64,000 nucleotides of DNA, from NCBI GenBank assembly GCA_963794615.1, contig CAWCEP010000010.1, positions 43,221-107,220 on the forward strand. The letters are read 5' to 3'. The position numbers and the translations under genes are program-made. The DNA comes from an uncultured Acidimicrobiales bacterium (lineage in GTDB: Bacteria > Actinomycetota > Acidimicrobiia > Acidimicrobiales > UBA8190). Positions 19,383 through 28,860 of the stretch are shown here, piece by piece. Numbering within the stretch: position 1 is the stretch's first letter; every line of letters begins with the position of its first letter. The notes beneath the pieces are model-generated. The model saw nothing but the letters and a program-made list of their open reading frames with translations, searched no databases and had not been told where the DNA came from.

Positions 19383-20411
19383 ATGGCTAGGGGTGTCGTC
19401 CAGGAGTGGGACGCGTTGGAACGTCGAGGCGTGATTATCTCGGACGAGACGCCGGACGGCTGTTTGGTCGGGTTCTTGCAGCTGGCGCTTTCGGGTTACC
19501 GTGAACTCACCGCCGGTCAAGGCGTCGAGTTTGAATACGAAACATCGGAAGAAGACGGGTACCGATACCGGGCGACGCAAGTGACAGTCGAGGGAGACGA
19601 CCCAATATCCATTCCCTTCGGAAACCCAACGTCCCGTCTCGCCATCAAGGCGTACAGCGTTACGAGTTGCCCGCAGTGCGGCGGACGAATTGTCAAGGAG
19701 GGTGGCCCAGGAGGATTGCTGGCGTGCAGCAAGTGTGGATACGAGAAAGAGCTACCACCGTTCCCGCCGCAGAGGGCAGGATCCGCCTCGCCCATGCGAG
19801 TCCTCTCCTTTCCCGCCGATGAGGTCGTAGGCACACTGGAATGGGTCGGCTCTTATAGCCAAGAGCGCGGCCCGGTCTTGGCCACTGGCAACGTCGACGC
19901 TCCAGTCGATAAACGGATTTCCCTCGATGTGCATCGGATCGATTCTGTGGAGCCGTCAGGGGATGGGTGGTCGATGAGAGGCGGGACTACTCCACTGGAT
20001 CTTCAGTTCTTGACCGGATTGCCCTCCGACAGCGTCGAGTCCCTCAAGATCGGTCCTGGCATTGTCCCTGCGTCCTTCAGATTCGTCGCGCATCTGGCGC
20101 CGGGTCTACGACGCTTGTACTTAGGTCACGCCGGGCTGACTGACCAAGCGCTCGACCATGTGGCCAAGCTCACAGGACTAACGCATCTCCAGACGTTCGA
20201 CAACTCCTTCACAGACGCTGGAGCCCAGCAACTTGCGACCCTTCAGAACCTCGAGAGCCTGTACTTAGAGGAAGAGACGCTATCGACAGCTTCGCTGGCA
20301 TTCGTCCGAGAGCTTCCGCACCTTTCTCGGCTCGACCTTCAGGACATGCCACTCACCGAAGAGGAGTTGGCAGACCTTCGTGCCGCCCTACCGGGAGTTC
20401 AGGTCGGATAG
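19383..20411 (+). CDS. cold-shock-domain-like / zinc-ribbon / leucine-rich-repeat fusion protein
   Basis: The N-terminus 'ARGVVQEWDALERRGVIISDETPDGCLVGF...GYRELTAGQGVEFEYE...YRATQVT' is CSD-like. 'CPQCGGRIV...CSKCGYEK' is a C4 ribbon. The C-terminus has RNI-type LRRs ('LRRLYLGHAGLTDQALDHVAKLTGLTHLQTFDNSFTDAGAQQLATLQNLESLYLEEETLS'). Confidence 0.7.
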   Translation: MARGVVQEWDALERRGVIISDETPDGCLVGFLQLALSGYRELTAGQGVEFEYETSEEDGYRYRATQVTVEGDDPISIPFGNPTSRLAIKAYSVTSCPQCGGRIVKEGGPGGLLACSKCGYEKELPPFPPQRAGSASPMRVLSFPADEVVGTLEWVGSYSQERGPVLATGNVDAPVDKRISLDVHRIDSVEPSGDGWSMRGGTTPLDLQFLTGLPSDSVESLKIGPGIVPASFRFVAHLAPGLRRLYLGHAGLTDQALDHVAKLTGLTHLQTFDNSFTDAGAQQLATLQNLESLYLEEETLSTASLAFVRELPHLSRLDLQDMPLTEEELADLRAALPGVQVG

Positions 20412-20427
20412 AAGATTGGCATTGGAC

Positions 20428-21295
20428 TCACGCCCCGCCCCAAGTTCCAACGTAGGAGTTCGATGGAACCGTGAGACTAAGTCCACTAAGGGAGCGGGTT
20501 CCTGCCAGGGTATTCGGAAGGGCTCCAGTCATCACCGCGTAACAGAGTTGGACCATGATGTGTCCATGAGGGTCGAGAGTTGCTTCCGCGTTCACATCAA
20601 TGGTGTCGTAGCACGACGGTGCGACGGGGCCAACCGAGTATGTGTCCCCTGTCTGATCCACCATCCGTAGATCCACGGGGGTGAAACTCACGGGCGAGGA
20701 ATGAGTGTTAGTGAACTCGACCACGAGATAGCAGTTGGCACCTCCACCTGTGTATGCAGCACCAAATGCGCCACAGCTCATCAGCTGGGTCATGTTCGGC
20801 GAACCCACCCGGCGGGACAACCTGAATCTCCAATCCGTTCACCGGAACTGAGGCAGGTGAGGGACGAACGCCAGATGTACTCGGCACAATGGAAGACGGT
20901 GACACGCGCGGTGTCGTCGACGTTGCGGCACTTGGTACGGTCGAGGATGACGGGGCGGTAGACAGCGACCGGTGCGATGATCCAGTGACGTGCTCCGGAG
21001 TACCGTGACTGACCAATGCGATGGTGATCACAACGATGGTCAGAGCGGCGGTCGCTGCAGCTAGGAGGTGCCGCTGTCGAGACCGCCACGGAATGTGGCG
21101 TGCCGGTGCCGTTAGATCTTCAGTCAGGTTGTGGAGCGATTCAACGGTGGTTGCGTCAAGGGCAGCCTGAAGGCGCTGCTCATGCTCATCGGCCTTAAGC
21201 TCCCCGATCGCGACCGCGTTGTTCAAGATGGCAATCGCCGCATCGCGGTCGGCATCGGATGCCCTTTGGGAGACCACACCGCTCTGTTGCGTCAT
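20428..21295 (-). pseudogene. DUF1707 / TM / Ser-Thr-Pro linker / DUF4352-like protein, apparently split by a frameshift
   Basis: The upstream frame reads 'RASDADRDAAIAILNNAVAIGELKADEHEQRL' (DUF1707-like), then the TM 'LLAAATAALTIVVITIALV', an S/T/P-rich linker and 'VNGLEIQVV'. The downstream frame reads '...GANCYLVVEFTNTHSSPVSFTPVDLRMVDQTGDTYS' (DUF4352-like). The switch lies near nt 20,800-20,825. Two overlapping genes remain a possible alternative. Confidence 0.45.
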
Positions 21296-21814
21296 TTCAG
21301 CCACCGACTCAATATCGGTCCCACCGAGCATCGGCTGAAGTGGTGACCTACTTGTCCAGGCTGGTGCACAAGACATCCCAAGGAGGCGTGGGAAACGGAG
21401 CAGGACGGCTGATCAGGTCCCATGTCTACGAAGGGGGATTGTTCTAGTGGTGGTGCGCGGGCTCGGTGCCTGAGGCTGTCGAGATTGGACCATTCGGGAC
21501 CCGTCGCTACTGGTCTATGGCCCGTCTGGTCGAGCGGCGACCTAGCCTCAACAAGTCCGCAACGATGCACGCTATCCCGAGAACGGCGGATAGCTCACCG
21601 AAGATCGTGAAGGCCAGAAGGAAAGTAAACACGAGGAGCACGGCACCGAGAACAATCAGGACGACGGCCACGGGGCCAAGGGTAGGTCGTTGGAGGCTGT
21701 GCCAAGGAATGTAGGCCGTCCACTAACCCACTCTCTGCCTTGCCTGAGCCGTTGGGACCGGCCCTCTCTTCGCCGGTCAAGTAGCTTTTCCAAGTCGACC
21801 GTTGGGAGCGCACT

Positions 21815-22504
21815 ATGAGGCACGGGCAGCACCCGGTCGGGAGACGAGAGGCGATTGTCGTCGGATGTGGAGTCTTGGCGTCCTTGCTCGCCGCATGCTC
21901 GTCCACCACGACAACCGACGAAACCGCAGTAGACCTGACCTTCACCAAGGATGGCCGACTCACCGGTTTGCTTGCTGGCCAACCCGTGAACCTGTCGAGC
22001 AAGGTCCCGGCGGAATCTGGGACGGTGGCGGGAGCCTTGTCGGGGCATCCACTCGATGCAAGCTGGCAAATCACCTATGACGGCCCTTCAACGCAGAAGG
22101 TCGTACCTGTCACGGTTCACGGCAAGCTCGCCAATCAGTCCCTTTCACTGAGCGCCGTCTTTCATCTCAAACCCAACTTTCTCTTTGACTCAGGGACCGT
22201 GACCGGTACCGCAGGTGGACGGACAGTCCGTGCCAAGGCGTCCAGTGCTCCCGGCGAGAGCAGTTCCTCGGTCAATGTGGACGGCTCGTTCGCCGGGACA
22301 CTCTTCTCCCTGTATGCCACCATCGCGAGCACCTTAGATAGTGGCCTCGTCCGAGGGACCGTTGGTGGCAAGCCAATACAGTTGACCGCCAGGGTGCAGT
22401 CGGCAGAGATTCACATCACCGGCAACTACACGGGGCCGTCGGAGTTGTTTGTCCTTGCCACAGGCAGTCTCCTTTACTTCCTCGGCGGGGTCTACGCCGT
22501 CTGA
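21815..22504 (+). CDS. lipoprotein, unknown function
   Basis: Lipobox 'LLAACSST'. The mature part is Thr/Ser/Gly-rich and beta-like. Confidence 0.6.
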   Translation: MRHGQHPVGRREAIVVGCGVLASLLAACSSTTTTDETAVDLTFTKDGRLTGLLAGQPVNLSSKVPAESGTVAGALSGHPLDASWQITYDGPSTQKVVPVTVHGKLANQSLSLSAVFHLKPNFLFDSGTVTGTAGGRTVRAKASSAPGESSSSVNVDGSFAGTLFSLYATIASTLDSGLVRGTVGGKPIQLTARVQSAEIHITGNYTGPSELFVLATGSLLYFLGGVYAV

Positions 22505-22766
22505 CCGACGTTTGCTGGCAGTGGTGTCGCCAGATCCCGGCCGGGTCGCAGATCGGCTCAGGGCAGGGAGGAGCCGTCCGGTAGTCGAGTCGACGTCAGA
22601 GACGACCGTCGTATGACTCCACCATGTTGTACGGGTTTGGGAAGAGAAGAGTCGGCGCGCAAGCCACCGAGGCAGACGTCCGGTAACGGTGTTCTCGTCG
22701 GGCCTGTCGATTGGGAGCTTGACCCGGTCAGGGTGACCAGAACCGGCAGTGTGTAGCCTATAGGCC

Positions 22767-23252
22767 ATGAAACCGAGGACACTTGGTGTGCAAAGGGTCC
22801 TCGTACTGGTGGGCTTCCTTCTTGTTGCGGGGGGTCAACTGGGTCCGCTTGGGATCTCTTCGTTCTCGCCACATAGTTTTGACTTCTACTTGATTGTCTC
22901 GGCGGTTGGGTACGTCCTCGTGGGGTGGGCATCCTGGACCTGGCTGGCCGCTCTTTCTCGCACAAGTGAGGGCAGGACGGGGATGCGCCCGGTTCTCAGA
23001 CTCGTAGCCCTTGCGTGTTTGGTTCTCGGGGTCGCTTATGTAGGGCTGATCAACGAGTTCATCGAACTTGATCGACAACTTCATCATTCTGGGCTGCAAC
23101 GACAATTGTTCAGCTACGGGTTATCGCTGGTCGGCTTCTGTGTGGCGGCATTCGGATTCGGGATGGCAGCCAGGCATCCGGTACTCGGGGAACCGGACAT
23201 GGCAGAGGCGGCAGATGAGAAGTCTGTAAACCAACACGCCCAGCCCGTCTAA
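22767..23252 (+). CDS. integral membrane protein (about 4 TM)
   Basis: Four hydrophobic segments, for example 'VLVLVGFLLVAGG', 'FYLIVSAVGYVLVGWASWTWLAAL', 'LVALACLVLGVAYVGLI' and 'LSLVGFCVAAFGFGMAA'. Confidence 0.55.
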   Translation: MKPRTLGVQRVLVLVGFLLVAGGQLGPLGISSFSPHSFDFYLIVSAVGYVLVGWASWTWLAALSRTSEGRTGMRPVLRLVALACLVLGVAYVGLINEFIELDRQLHHSGLQRQLFSYGLSLVGFCVAAFGFGMAARHPVLGEPDMAEAADEKSVNQHAQPV

Positions 23253-23443
23253 GCCGACGTCACCGTTCTGAGCGGCTAGGCCGAGGAGCCGACGTCCTCG
23301 ACCTACGACTTGCGGCTGACGGCTTCGGGGAAGCCAAGGGGGAGGCGCTCGGTGGCGAGTCAGATGTGCACCCCTGCTTCTTTCCCTGAGTTCCAACAGG
23401 GACAGCGTGTCAACCTCGCCGAGTCATTGGGCGTGAGATCATC

Positions 23444-24655
23444 ATGACGGGGAGGGCCGTGGCCAAACGGCGTGGTGTTCTGGGATTCCTCACAGCAATC
23501 CTGATTTGGCTGGGCTCTTCGTGCTCCTCGCCCCACGGGACAGCTACCAGCACGTCCGTTCCAAGTGGATCATCGACTACTAGGCCGCGCACGACGACTC
23601 CTCGGAATCCTTCCCCGCCCCTCGCAGACGGGACGTCGGTGCCGGGGTACCGAGTCGGCCCGATTTCGTTCGTCTCCCCGGCACATGGGTACGGACTGGT
23701 CGAGTTCGACACGACGGGACAGTCATCAGAACAGCAGCTTGTTGTGACCGAGGACGGTGGAGCCACCTGGCAGGTGGCCACATCGACAGTGGTTCCGTCA
23801 TGGGCGTCCACATTGGACTTCATCGACGCCACCGAGGGTTACGCCTGGGGTTCTGAGGGGCTCGACGTCACCCACGATGGGGGACAGCACTGGGCGTTCT
23901 CCCTCAACCTCGACACTGGTTACGAGGCCGTGTCACCCATAGGCATGAGCATCTGGGCAATCTCGTCATCAGACGTGCTGCAGACCTCCATCGACGGCGG
24001 GAACACCTGGCAAAAGGCCGTCCAAACACCCGTGCCCAGTCCGGCACTCCTCAGTCGGGTGAGCGCCAACGTGGCGTACGTCCTGGGCTGTGGGCAGAAC
24101 ACCGTGAGTGGCTCCCAGCCCGGTGCCCTGGCGCGTACCGAAGACGGCGGCAAGACGTGGCAGACCCTCTCGCTTCCGCAGGGCTGCACGGGACAAGCCG
24201 ACTGGTCCGATCTCGTGGCCCTCTCGACCAATGATCTTTGGCTTGTCCAGTTCGGGCAACCGGCAACCGATATGTCCTCCAAGTGGGTCTACCGGTCAGA
24301 TGACGGCGGGGTGCACTGGACCCTCAAGGCGTCGGAGAGCCTTGGCAACCCCAGCCAACAAACGGGGACGGTCTCCCCGATTGGCGATTTCGGTCCACTG
24401 AGCGTCCTCGCTTCAGAACCCAACCGAGCATGGCTTGCGGAGGATTGGGGTGGACTCCTCGTCACGACGGACGGCGGGTCGAACTGGCACTCGGCTTACA
24501 GCGACCCCAACGTTGACGCCGCTGGCCCGCCGTACGTCTCGTTCTCAGATGCTTCTCATGGTTGGGCAGGGAGCGGACACGGCCTCTGGCGGACAACCGA
24601 CGGTGATACATGGACAGAGATCGTGCATTCACCCGGGTCAGGTTCCAACCCATAG
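23444..24655 (+). CDS. secreted/lipoprotein beta-propeller with BNR (Asp-box) repeats (Ycf48/sialidase-like)
   Basis: Seven Asp-box motifs: 'TEDGGATWQ', 'THDGGQHW', 'SIDGGNTWQ', 'TEDGGKTWQ', 'SDDGGVHW', 'TTDGGSNW' and 'TTDGDTW'. The N-terminal signal has 'LGSSCSS'. Confidence 0.8.
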   Translation: MTGRAVAKRRGVLGFLTAILIWLGSSCSSPHGTATSTSVPSGSSTTRPRTTTPRNPSPPLADGTSVPGYRVGPISFVSPAHGYGLVEFDTTGQSSEQQLVVTEDGGATWQVATSTVVPSWASTLDFIDATEGYAWGSEGLDVTHDGGQHWAFSLNLDTGYEAVSPIGMSIWAISSSDVLQTSIDGGNTWQKAVQTPVPSPALLSRVSANVAYVLGCGQNTVSGSQPGALARTEDGGKTWQTLSLPQGCTGQADWSDLVALSTNDLWLVQFGQPATDMSSKWVYRSDDGGVHWTLKASESLGNPSQQTGTVSPIGDFGPLSVLASEPNRAWLAEDWGGLLVTTDGGSNWHSAYSDPNVDAAGPPYVSFSDASHGWAGSGHGLWRTTDGDTWTEIVHSPGSGSNP

Positions 24656-24712
24656 CCAGCGCCAGCTTCAGACTGCCGTTCTCGCTCCCACGCCTTGGAC
24701 CGGGAGGAAGCC

Positions 24713-24835
24713 ATGAGCCTCGTCAGCGAGCTTCAGGACGCGCTGCGACGGTTGAGAGCCCTCAGGGAGGGGCTGAAACGGCTCCTGGCCGACGACGCGC
24801 AGTTCCCCAGGAAATCGGAAGGAGAATCTCACTGA
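24713..24835 (+). CDS. possible 40-aa coiled-coil micro-protein
   Basis: RBS 'gggaggaag' is immediately upstream. 'MSLVSELQDALRRLRALREGLKRLLADDAQFPRKSEGESH'. Confidence 0.3.
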   Translation: MSLVSELQDALRRLRALREGLKRLLADDAQFPRKSEGESH

Positions 24836-24989
24836 GAGTGCCGGGGGTGCATGCCGTCCCCATCGGAACCAGACGTGCCGTGGAGTCGGTACGGGGTATC
24901 GGTGCGTCTCGCGACACGGTCGAAACTCAGACTCCGCGATCGTACGACAAACTCCTGTGTCCTATTCGTGTCCTACGGGGGATCGGTGC

Positions 24990-26205
24990 ACCTCCAACAA
25001 CGTTCTGACCTGGTCCTTGTTGGCCAAAACGCTCTTGGGGTGTTCTCGAAATCCCGCGACCAGGGTGGAGACGGAACCGGCGGGGGAGTGACCACAGCTT
25101 AAGGAGCCGAGCCTCCACGCCCCGGTCACGAGGGGTGGATGGACGGCAACTTCGAGTGGCCGACCGAGCCAGCTGTTGAGCTTATTCCATGGGGAAACGC
25201 GCCAATGCGACGGCGGTGAGCGATGCTGGCTATCAACGATTCGCTGCGCGACTACGTCCAGGAACGACTCTCGGGCGTCCAGCACACCCCTGATGGTCGA
25301 CTCGTCGGTCCTCCCGGTCCGAAGTGGAACGGGAAGGGCAAACCCCATCGAGCTGATCGCCGATGGGTGAAAGGCTGGAGTCCCGAACAGATCTCCAAGC
25401 GCCTCAGGGTTGATTTCCCCGATGATGAGTCCATGCGGATCAGCCACGAGGCGATCTACCAGGCTCTCTACGTCCAAGGCCGAGGAGCACTCAAGCGGGA
25501 GCTGGTTGCCTGCCTCCGGACCGGCCGGGCCTTGCGAGTGCCCCGTTCCAGGTCACAGCAGAAAGCCTGGGGCCACGTCACGCCTGAGGTGATGATCAGT
25601 GAGCGACCCGCCGAGGCCGACGATCGTGCCGTCCCCGGCCACTGGGAAGGCGACCTCATCATCGGGTTGGAACGCTCGGCGATCGGCACGTTGGTGGAGC
25701 GGACCACGAGGTTCACTGTGCTGATCCATCTGCCCCGAGAAGACGGCTATCGACACAAGCACACCGTCAAGAACGGTCCCGCGCTCGCCGGTTATGGAGC
25801 GATCACGATGAAAGACGTGCTCGCCGCCAAGATGACCGCCCTCCCAGAGCAGCTTCGCCGCTCCCTAACTTGGGACAGGGGCAAGGAGCTCTCCCAACAT
25901 GCAGCATTCAAAGTCGAGACTGGCATACCGGTCTACTTCGCCGACCCTCGCAGCCCCTGGCAACGCGGCAGCAACGAGAACACCAACGGACTCCTGCGCC
26001 AATATTTCCCCAAGGGAACTGACGTCTCGCGCTGGAACGCCGAAGAGATCGATTCGGTTGCAGCCATGCTCAACAGCCGACCCCGCAAGACCCTTGGTTG
26101 GAAGACACCCGCTGAAGCCTTCGATGAGCATGTACATTTGCTCCAGAAAGCCGGTGTTGCCACGATCGATTGAACCTAGTCAATACCGGTCGAGCGTTGG
26201 GGGTC
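24990..26205 (+). mobile_element. IS30-family insertion sequence remnant (boundaries approximate)
   Basis: Contains the IS30 transposase catalytic region. A weak imperfect inverted-repeat candidate lies around 24,994-25,020 versus 26,180-26,205. The ends were not rigorously determined. Confidence 0.5.
25223..26173 (+). pseudogene. IS30-family transposase lacking an intact N-terminal HTH region
   Basis: IS30 hallmarks: 'WSPEQISKRL', 'MRISHEAIYQALYVQGRGALKRELVACLRTGRALRVPR', 'PGHWEGDLI', 'LTWDRGKE' and 'PWQRGSNENTNGLLRQYFPKGTD'. An in-frame TGA at 25217-25219 interrupts the conserved segment ('PWGNAPMRRR*AMLAINDSLRDYV'). Farther upstream, no continuous frame is found. Confidence 0.7.
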
Positions 26206-26544
26206 GGAGTGCGCCCGACTCCCGGCACTATCGCCCGTTCAGAAGTCGCCGTCGAGCCCCGGTAATCAGGGTGATACCGGTCACTGCTGTAACGCTGATG
26301 CTGGTTCTGTAGAGGGCCCGGTATCCGGCGGGGCGCAGCGTGACCGGTCTTGTCTGTCGTCCAAGGCGTTAGATGGCAGACGGCTTCATGCACTGCACCA
26401 GCCCAGCATCCAGCTGGAACCTACACGGCGGGTAGGTGATAGCGCGATATCTGAAACGTCTGAGCACGCCGTAAAGCATTCGCGACTCCCTCACTCCGCT
26501 CGCTTCAACCGCGGAATGTGGAACCGCAGCCAACATTGTCAGAC

Positions 26545-28188
26545 TTACGTGATGCCGACGATGTCACTGACGTGGATGCCGAGTCCCGGTACCGAACCGT
26601 GGAAGGTGGCATTGCCGAAGGCGTAGACGCCGCCGTCCGATCCCACCAGCAGGTAACCACCGCCATCAGATGTCGGGGCGATGCCGACGATGTCACTGAC
26701 GTGGATGCCGAGTCCCGGTACCGAACCGTGGAAGGTGGCATTGCCGAAGGCGTAGACGCCGCCGTCCGATCCCACCAGCAGGTAACCACCGCCATCAGAT
26801 GTCGGGGCGATGCCGACGATGTCACTGACGTGGATGCCGAGTCCCGGTACCGAACCGTGGAAGGTGGCATTGCCGAAGGCGTAGACGCCGCCGTCCGATC
26901 CCACCAGCAGGTAACCACCGCCATCAGATGTCGGGGCGATGCCGACGATGTCACTGACGTGGATGCCGAGTCCCGGTACCGAACCGTGGAAGGTGGCATT
27001 GCCGAAGGCGTAGACGCCGCCGTCCGATCCCACCAGCAGGTAACCACCGCCATCAGATGTCGGGGCGATGCCGACGATGTCACTGACGTGGATGCCGAGT
27101 CCCGGTACCGAACCGTGGAAGGTGGCATTGCCGAAGGCGTAGACGCCGCCGTCCGATCCCACCAGCAGGTAACCACCGCCATCAGATGTCGGGGCGATGC
27201 CGACGATGTCACTGACGTGGATGCCGAGTCCCGGTACCGAACCGTGGAAGGTGGCATTGCCGAAGGCGTAGACGCCGCCGTCCGATCCCACCAGCAGGTA
27301 ACCACCCGTGGTGGCTGGGATCACAGGTGTCGGAGCAACCGGACAGGCTGCATAGGTGGCCGTGGCCGTTCCATTCCCAGTTTGCGTGGTGACAGCGTTC
27401 GTCGAGTTGGTGACGGATGGGTCCACGTAGTTCGAACCGCCGCCGCCGCCGCCGCCGCTGGCATCTTCGCTGGCCGCGCCGCCGCCACCGCCGAAGTACC
27501 CGCCGCCGCCGCCGCCACCGCCGTCGAAGTCGGAACCACCAGCACCACCGTTCTCACCAGACCCCGCCGAGCCACTCCCACCCATGTTGGGGACCTCGGC
27601 ACCGCCGGCGCCTGGCGCGCTCGTGGTGCCCGGCGCGCCACCCAGGCCTTGCGTGGCACCCCCGGTAGGCCCGTTGGTTCCCGCGGCACCAGCGTTGCCG
27701 CCGTCCCCACCTTCGCCAACCAGACCGTACGCGCCGCCGCCGCCTCCGCCACCAGCGACCAGTACGGGCGCGGCGGAACCACCAATCGTGACGATCGAGG
27801 CGCCGCCTCCGCCACCGCCGTCCCCGGCGTCGGTCCCACCCGCCCCGCCGGTATTCGCCCCGGCAGTGTCGGTGGCTCCCGCACCGCCGATGTACACCGA
27901 GTAGGACTGACCGGGTGTCACCGCAACCGTGCCAGTCACCACGCCGCCCAATCCGCCCAGACCGTAGGGCGCCATTGATATTCCGCCGTTGCCGCCCTCG
28001 CCGCCAACCACGTCAAAGGTGATGGCACACACTCCGCTCGGCACCGTCTCAGCGTTCGCTCCGAGCGAGAAGGTCGGAGCTGTGGGCACCGAGGCCGACG
28101 CCGTGGACTCAGACACTGCGAGCGTCGCCCCCGAGAGGGTGATCCCCGTTACGGCAAGCACCACGTTCTTTCGCAGCCAACCCAGCAT
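26545..28188 (-). CDS. secreted protein: ALK/LTK-type glycine-rich domain followed by six identical 43-aa blade-like repeats
   Basis: The start is taken at ATG 28188 ('MLGWLRKNVVLAVTGITLSGATLAVS', a signal peptide). The longer track ORF to 28554 overlaps the IS110 fragment. The Gly-rich domain reads 'VPSGVCAITFDVVGGEGGNGG...VAVTPGQSYSVYIGGAGA...GGGGGGASIVTIGG...VLVAGGGGGGG'. The C-terminus is 6 x 'GGYLLVGSDGGVYAFGNATFHGSVPGLGIHVSDIVGIAPTSDG'. Confidence 0.8.
   Translation of the reverse strand: MLGWLRKNVVLAVTGITLSGATLAVSESTASASVPTAPTFSLGANAETVPSGVCAITFDVVGGEGGNGGISMAPYGLGGLGGVVTGTVAVTPGQSYSVYIGGAGATDTAGANTGGAGGTDAGDGGGGGGASIVTIGGSAAPVLVAGGGGGGGAYGLVGEGGDGGNAGAAGTNGPTGGATQGLGGAPGTTSAPGAGGAEVPNMGGSGSAGSGENGGAGGSDFDGGGGGGGGYFGGGGGAASEDASGGGGGGGSNYVDPSVTNSTNAVTTQTGNGTATATYAACPVAPTPVIPATTGGYLLVGSDGGVYAFGNATFHGSVPGLGIHVSDIVGIAPTSDGGGYLLVGSDGGVYAFGNATFHGSVPGLGIHVSDIVGIAPTSDGGGYLLVGSDGGVYAFGNATFHGSVPGLGIHVSDIVGIAPTSDGGGYLLVGSDGGVYAFGNATFHGSVPGLGIHVSDIVGIAPTSDGGGYLLVGSDGGVYAFGNATFHGSVPGLGIHVSDIVGIAPTSDGGGYLLVGSDGGVYAFGNATFHGSVPGLGIHVSDIVGIT
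26551..27306. repeat. perfect 129-bp tandem repeat, 5.86 units (coding, in frame)
   Basis: Unit 'gatgccgacgatgtcactgacgtggatgccgag...catcagatgtcggggc'. Units start at 26551, 26680, 26809, 26938, 27067 and 27196. I saw no mismatch between copies by eye. Confidence 0.95.
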
Positions 28189-28350
28189 CGCCAGCACCTT
28201 TCGCCGATCTCCGTGGCACCCGCCATCACGAACGCCAAGAGGATAGGCAGGATCTGGACGACAACAGCGGACCACCACGCTCCCACACGGACAAGGCGCC
28301 CCGGAAGTGCGATCGGGCTGTTGGTCCGGAAGCCCTGTAGTCACACATAA

Positions 28351-28860
28351 TTGCTGCGAGAACGGGCGAGGCTCGTGCGCGTCCGCACCACGGCCAAGAA
28401 CCGGATTCGGGCGCAGATCGCCGATGAGGGCGTGCCGGCTCCGAGCCACGGCCTGTGGACCAAAGAGGGTGCCACCTGGCTCGACTCCTTGGACCTCTCG
28501 CCCATGCACCGCTGGGTGGTGACCGACTGCCAGGCGCTCATTGATGTCCTCCAATCACGGATCTCGCTGCTCGAGGCCGAGATCCGCCGCCAGGCGAAGC
28601 CCGACAAGCGCATCGACGCTCTCACCGCTATCCACGGCATCGGGCTTCTAAGCGCAATGACGCTTGTTTCTGAGATCGGGGACATCTCCCGCTTCGCCAC
28701 CGCCCGGAAACTCTGTGCGTGGGCCGGGATCATCCCCTCCATGCGCAACTCCGACCGGACTGTTCACCACGGCCACATCACCAGGGCCGGTCCGTCCGCC
28801 GTGCGCCACGTGCTCGCGGAGGCCGCGGAAGTAGCCATCCGCAAGGAGCCCTACTCTTGA
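28351..28860 (+). mobile_element. IS110-family transposase internal fragment (truncated at both ends)
   Basis: 'IDALTAIHGIGLLSAMTLVSEIGDISRFATARKLCAWAGIIPSMRNSDRTVHHGHITRAGPSAVRHVL' matches the Transposase_20 (HhH) region. The N-terminal DEDD domain is absent (a TAA lies directly upstream). The ORF stops about 50 aa short of a normal C-terminus. Confidence 0.75.

Noticed and set aside
21507-21671. 54-codon minus-strand ORF encoding a two-TM peptide ('VAVVLIVLGAVLLVFTFLLAFTIFGELSAVLGIACIVADLL')
   Set aside because: It is hydrophobic and plausible, but it is below the ORF-track cutoff, has a GTG start with no clear RBS, and has no homology evidence available to me. It is not reported as a feature.
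26551-27306. Possible CRISPR array or satellite
   Set aside because: The units are contiguous with no spacers. The 129-bp period is far longer than CRISPR repeats. The array is in frame within a protein-coding gene.
26505-27978. Long ORFs 26518..27978 (+, 486 aa) and 26505..27305 (-, 266 aa) with their own perfect internal repeats
   Set aside because: They are the antisense and out-of-frame readings of the same 129-bp array. Their products are low-complexity (Arg/Ala/Thr/Ser-rich) with no signal or motif. The 26545..28188 minus-strand frame gives a signal peptide, a Gly-rich domain and beta-strand-like repeats.
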